From the NCBI GenBank assembly GCA_958296135.2, contig CATQHZ020000001.1:128001-192000 (forward strand): a DNA stretch of 64,000 nucleotides. Direction: 5' to 3'. The stretch is from an uncultured Poribacteria bacterium (GTDB lineage: Bacteria; Poribacteria; WGA-4E; WGA-3G). The position numbers were made by a program, and so were the translations under genes. The stretch's first letter is position 1; each line of letters opens with the position of its first letter. Below the pieces are notes generated by a model that saw nothing but the letters and a program-made list of their open reading frames with translations, did no database searches and was not told the DNA's origin. Below are positions 60,535 through 64,000 of the stretch, in pieces.

Positions 60535-61768
60535 AAATGGGCACATCGTGCCGCAATTCGTAGAGCCCACCGATGCGGCGTTGTTGGCTATTGCAGAGCA
60601 ACTCATCGCTGTTTTCGAGAATTCGCCCGGCAAGCCGCGAACCGCGGTCTTGGAGGAAAGCAAGCAGATTATCGATGCCGCATCGGGGATAATGGTAGTC
60701 AAGCGCGGACTTGAAAAATTGTTGTTGGACCGGACGGAGTTTGACACCGCACCGAATGAAGAACTCATCGCGTTTCGGGAGAAGTTGTTTACGGAGACGA
60801 GTCGGTTGCTTGCAGGGGAACCGTTTCAGGATTACGCGGCGTATCGTCGGCGTGTGGAAGAAATAGCGCGCTTGGAAAGCGCGCCTACCGGACCGGAGGA
60901 ACTGAGCGCGAAACTTTACGCTGATCTGCCGAGTTGTCAGCCTGTCGTGGCGTTCAAAACACTTTCGCCTGAGCGGCTGCTTCATCGGTATAATTGCGCG
61001 CAGGTGCAGGGGTTGCTGCTGCATTGCAATACGTTGACATTGCGGCTTGCAGATTCGATGACAGCCGAGTTGCGGCAGCTGTTTAAGTATTTGCGGTTCA
61101 ATCAGTTGTTATCGACGATTCAGAAAGAGGCGCGCTTGGAAAGCACGCCTACCGGTGCTTTGACTGAGAATCTCTATAAGATCACCGTGGACGGACCGCT
61201 GAATCTGTTTTACAAAACGAAGCGGTATGGGATGAATCTGGCGAATTTCTTTGTCGCCGTGTTGCATCAGCAACAGTGGGAGTTGACTGCAGAGCTCCAG
61301 CTTCGGAATCAGCCGAGCTATCGGCTACGGTTAGATGATTCGTGCGGGATCAAGCCGATTTCGCAGCAGTTCCTCGCCTACATTCCGGAGGATATCCAAC
61401 TTTTTCAGACGATGCTTCACAGTAAGACAGATGATTGGCGCATTACGCCGGGTAGTCATTTCTTCCCGTTGGCGGGCGATTTCTACTGTTTTCCGGATTA
61501 CGCGCTGGTGCATAAGAGCGGGGTGGAAGTGGCGATTGAGTTGTTTCATCCGTGGCATCAGGCGCACCTCATCGCGCGGCTCAACACGCTTGCGGAACAG
61601 CCCTCTACAAAAAACCTGATTCTAGGAGTCTCTGCCGAGTTATCAAAAAAGCCGATGATTGCGGAAGCATTAGAGGCATCGGCGTATTTCTCGGCGTTGG
61701 GGTTTACGTTCCGTTCTGTCCCAACGATGGGGGCGTTGCTCCCGATTTTGGAGTCGCTGATACATTGA
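60500..61768 (+). CDS. DUF790 (Bax1-like) predicted endonuclease
   Basis: MLT..L, LYADL, LL.RYN.AQVQGLL, .DGPL.LF..T.RYG..LA, PD......G....IE; overlaps the helicase. Confidence 0.85.
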   Translation: MLTKALIRYHIENGHIVPQFVEPTDAALLAIAEQLIAVFENSPGKPRTAVLEESKQIIDAASGIMVVKRGLEKLLLDRTEFDTAPNEELIAFREKLFTETSRLLAGEPFQDYAAYRRRVEEIARLESAPTGPEELSAKLYADLPSCQPVVAFKTLSPERLLHRYNCAQVQGLLLHCNTLTLRLADSMTAELRQLFKYLRFNQLLSTIQKEARLESTPTGALTENLYKITVDGPLNLFYKTKRYGMNLANFFVAVLHQQQWELTAELQLRNQPSYRLRLDDSCGIKPISQQFLAYIPEDIQLFQTMLHSKTDDWRITPGSHFFPLAGDFYCFPDYALVHKSGVEVAIELFHPWHQAHLIARLNTLAEQPSTKNLILGVSAELSKKPMIAEALEASAYFSALGFTFRSVPTMGALLPILESLIH

Positions 61769-61866
61769 AAACGGGCGCCGGTGCTAAAAAACTTGACTTT
61801 GCGTTCCGAATTCTGATACAATAGTTGATGAGACATCTGAACGTCGCTGGAAATGAGGTGAGAGAG

Positions 61867-63465
61867 ATGAGATGGTTTGAAACCCGAGGGCCCGTGAACC
61901 CTGAGGATAACTATGTCGTTGCCCGTCCGAAGGAGACAGCGGATTTCATCAAGCGAGTGGAGCGGGGGCGTTATATCGTGCTCTTTGCGCCGCGGCAGAC
62001 GGGGAAGACGACGTTCTTCAAGACAGCACTTGAGCGGCTTGAAACCGCGGCAGCAGGGGCCTATTTCCCCATTCAACTCAATTTTGAGATTTACGAAGAC
62101 TATGGCCGTGCGGAGTTCTATGGCAGTCTTCGCGAACATATTTGTATGGAAATAGCGACAGTTTTTCGGCAGCGTTGCATCCCGATTGCAGAGGAGTTGG
62201 CACACTTTTTGGAGAACGCGCCGCTAACAAATTCGCTTTCACTCGGCAGTTTCTTGCGTCAACTCGGGCTGTTGCTCACCCCGCAGCGGGTTGTCCTCCT
62301 CATTGACGAATTTGATGGCATCCCGCGGGAGGAATTGCGCAATTTTCTGCATACGCTTCGTCACATCTACCTTCTGGGGCGAACGCAGCGGTGTCCCTAT
62401 AGTGTCGGCATCGTTGGCGTGAAGAGCATCACGCAGTTGAACTATGACAGGACGATTTCTCCGTTCAATATTCAGGATGAATTCCACCTGCCGAATTTCA
62501 CGTTGGCGGAGGTGCGAGAACTGCTTGGGCAGTATACAGCAGAAGTGGGTCAGGTTTTTGCGCCGGCGGTCCTCGCCACCCTTCATAGGCAGACAGGTGG
62601 GCAGCCGTTCCTTGTGAACCGGCTTGCGCAGATACTCACCGAGGAGATGGACATTCCGAAGACGGAGCCGATTACCTCGGCACACTTCGCGACCGCGCAT
62701 ACCGTGCTCCTTGAGGAAGAGAACGTCAACTTTGCGCATCTCCTCACCAATATCCACCGAGACGCTCGCTTTGGAAGCGTTCTCATGCGAATCACCTCTT
62801 ATGATAAGGGGGTGCGCTTCAGACCGGGGAACGAAGTCCTTCGCGAACTTGCAACTTATGGTGTCATCGCGAAAGGCTCAGAGGGCCTCTGTGAGATTGC
62901 GAACCCGATTTATCTTTACCGCGTGCTGCAAGAGTTACAACCACTTATTAACGGGCTGGAGGAGGCATACTATCCTCAACAATCGCGCGGGTATCATGCG
63001 TATCTTACTGCGTCCGGGGAGATTGCGATGGCGCGGTTGCTGGATAACTTCCGTGATTTCATTGCGCGTGCTGGGTTCCGCATCTTGCAAGTGCCGTCGA
63101 CGCCGCGGGAATATGTTGGGCAGTATCTGCTTTTTGCTTATCTGGACCAGTTTGTTCGGCAAGTGCGGGGTGCGATGCATCTAGAAGTGCAGACTGGGCG
63201 GGGTCGCGCGGACTTGGTGATATTCCATGAGGGTAGGAAACATATAGTGGAGACGAAGCTTTGGCAAGGTGCGTTGAGTTATGCGGCGGGCAAGGCGCAG
63301 CTAGCTGCGTATCTGACGTTAGAAGGCGTTCAGGAGGGCTACTACATCGTGTTCGATCACCGTGAGGTGCCGGTGCCGCGTTCGGAGACAGAGCAGGTGT
63401 CTGGGGTGACGATTCGGAGTTATGTCATTCCGGTGCTGCAAGAGCGGCCCTCAACAGTGGGCTGA
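61867..63465 (+). CDS. AAA-like ATPase fused to a C-terminal PD-(D/E)XK nuclease
   Basis: APRQTGKTT, LLIDEFD, SPFNI; C-terminal E...GRGRADL...IVETK......G..QL..YL...EGY..VFD. Confidence 0.88.
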   Translation: MRWFETRGPVNPEDNYVVARPKETADFIKRVERGRYIVLFAPRQTGKTTFFKTALERLETAAAGAYFPIQLNFEIYEDYGRAEFYGSLREHICMEIATVFRQRCIPIAEELAHFLENAPLTNSLSLGSFLRQLGLLLTPQRVVLLIDEFDGIPREELRNFLHTLRHIYLLGRTQRCPYSVGIVGVKSITQLNYDRTISPFNIQDEFHLPNFTLAEVRELLGQYTAEVGQVFAPAVLATLHRQTGGQPFLVNRLAQILTEEMDIPKTEPITSAHFATAHTVLLEEENVNFAHLLTNIHRDARFGSVLMRITSYDKGVRFRPGNEVLRELATYGVIAKGSEGLCEIANPIYLYRVLQELQPLINGLEEAYYPQQSRGYHAYLTASGEIAMARLLDNFRDFIARAGFRILQVPSTPREYVGQYLLFAYLDQFVRQVRGAMHLEVQTGRGRADLVIFHEGRKHIVETKLWQGALSYAAGKAQLAAYLTLEGVQEGYYIVFDHREVPVPRSETEQVSGVTIRSYVIPVLQERPSTVG

Positions 63466-63502
63466 TGCTGTGAGCGGCTGTAAACGTTGAGAGGAGCGAG
63501 AG

Positions 63503-64000
63503 ATGAGATGGTTTGAAACGCGAGGGCCCGTGAATCCTGAGGATAACTATGTCGTTGTCCGTCCGAAGGAGACAGCGGATTTCATCAAGCGAGTGGAGCG
63601 GGGGCGCTATATCGTGCTGTTTGCGCCGCGGCAGACAGGAAAGACGACGTTCTTCAAGACAGCACTTGAGCGGCTTGAAACCGCGGCAGCAGGTACCTAT
63701 TTTCCAATTCAACTCAATTTTGAGGGGTATAAAAATCTGGCCTGTCCTGATTTTTACGAGGGGCTCTACGAAGATATGCGCGAAGAAATAGGAGCCGTTT
63801 TTCAGCGGCGGGGAACAGTGCCGCCAGCTGCATTAACGGCCCTCTTGGAGAGCACAACACTCACGACGGCTTTCTCGATGAGAAGGTTCTTGACGCAACT
63901 GGGGAAATTGCTGGCCCCGCAGCGATTTGTCGTCATCATTGATGAGTTTGATGGGATCCCGCCAGCCGCCCTGAGCGATTTTCTGCATACGCTTCGTCAC
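63503..64000 (+). CDS. Third AAA-like ATPase paralog (runs off the window)
   Basis: MRWFETRGPVNPEDNYVV...APRQTGKTTFF...IIDEFDGIP, open to the window end. Confidence 0.88.
   Translation, partial: MRWFETRGPVNPEDNYVVVRPKETADFIKRVERGRYIVLFAPRQTGKTTFFKTALERLETAAAGTYFPIQLNFEGYKNLACPDFYEGLYEDMREEIGAVFQRRGTVPPAALTALLESTTLTTAFSMRRFLTQLGKLLAPQRFVVIIDEFDGIPPAALSDFLHTLRH

Overview
This is a chromosomal window from a bacterium whose 16S rRNA and gene content point to Candidatus Poribacteria (Poribacteria-type primer/probe sites as I recall them; many sulfatase, PhyH, WD40, TPR, dockerin, LamG and YPNPFNP-tailed proteins). It carries housekeeping genes (rpsI, rplM, ArsA/Get3-like ATPase, hslVU, sppA, a coxMSL-like Mo-hydroxylase, an XPB-like helicase plus DUF790). 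The rRNA locus is split: 16S-tRNA-Ile is separated from tRNA-Ala-23S-5S by about 4 kb of protein genes and gene debris. Most intergenic space holds a modular family of GTAG-type palindromic REP-like repeats. The most notable observations are: (1) six phased sigma70 consensus promoters in front of tRNA-Ala/23S; (2) two FRG+TPR modules split at the same point inside a TPR unit, plus a related TPR protein fused to a UPF0175 antitoxin-like domain next to a PIN gene; (3) a nuclease/coiled-coil/4TM protein paired with a VWA-like lipoprotein; (4) a type IIG R-M gene frameshifted at a G9 tract; (5) partial 5S rRNA copies bracketing a pectate lyase gene; (6) REPs with exchangeable loop modules that also sit in frame inside proteins. 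All calls come from reading motifs by eye; no searches were run.
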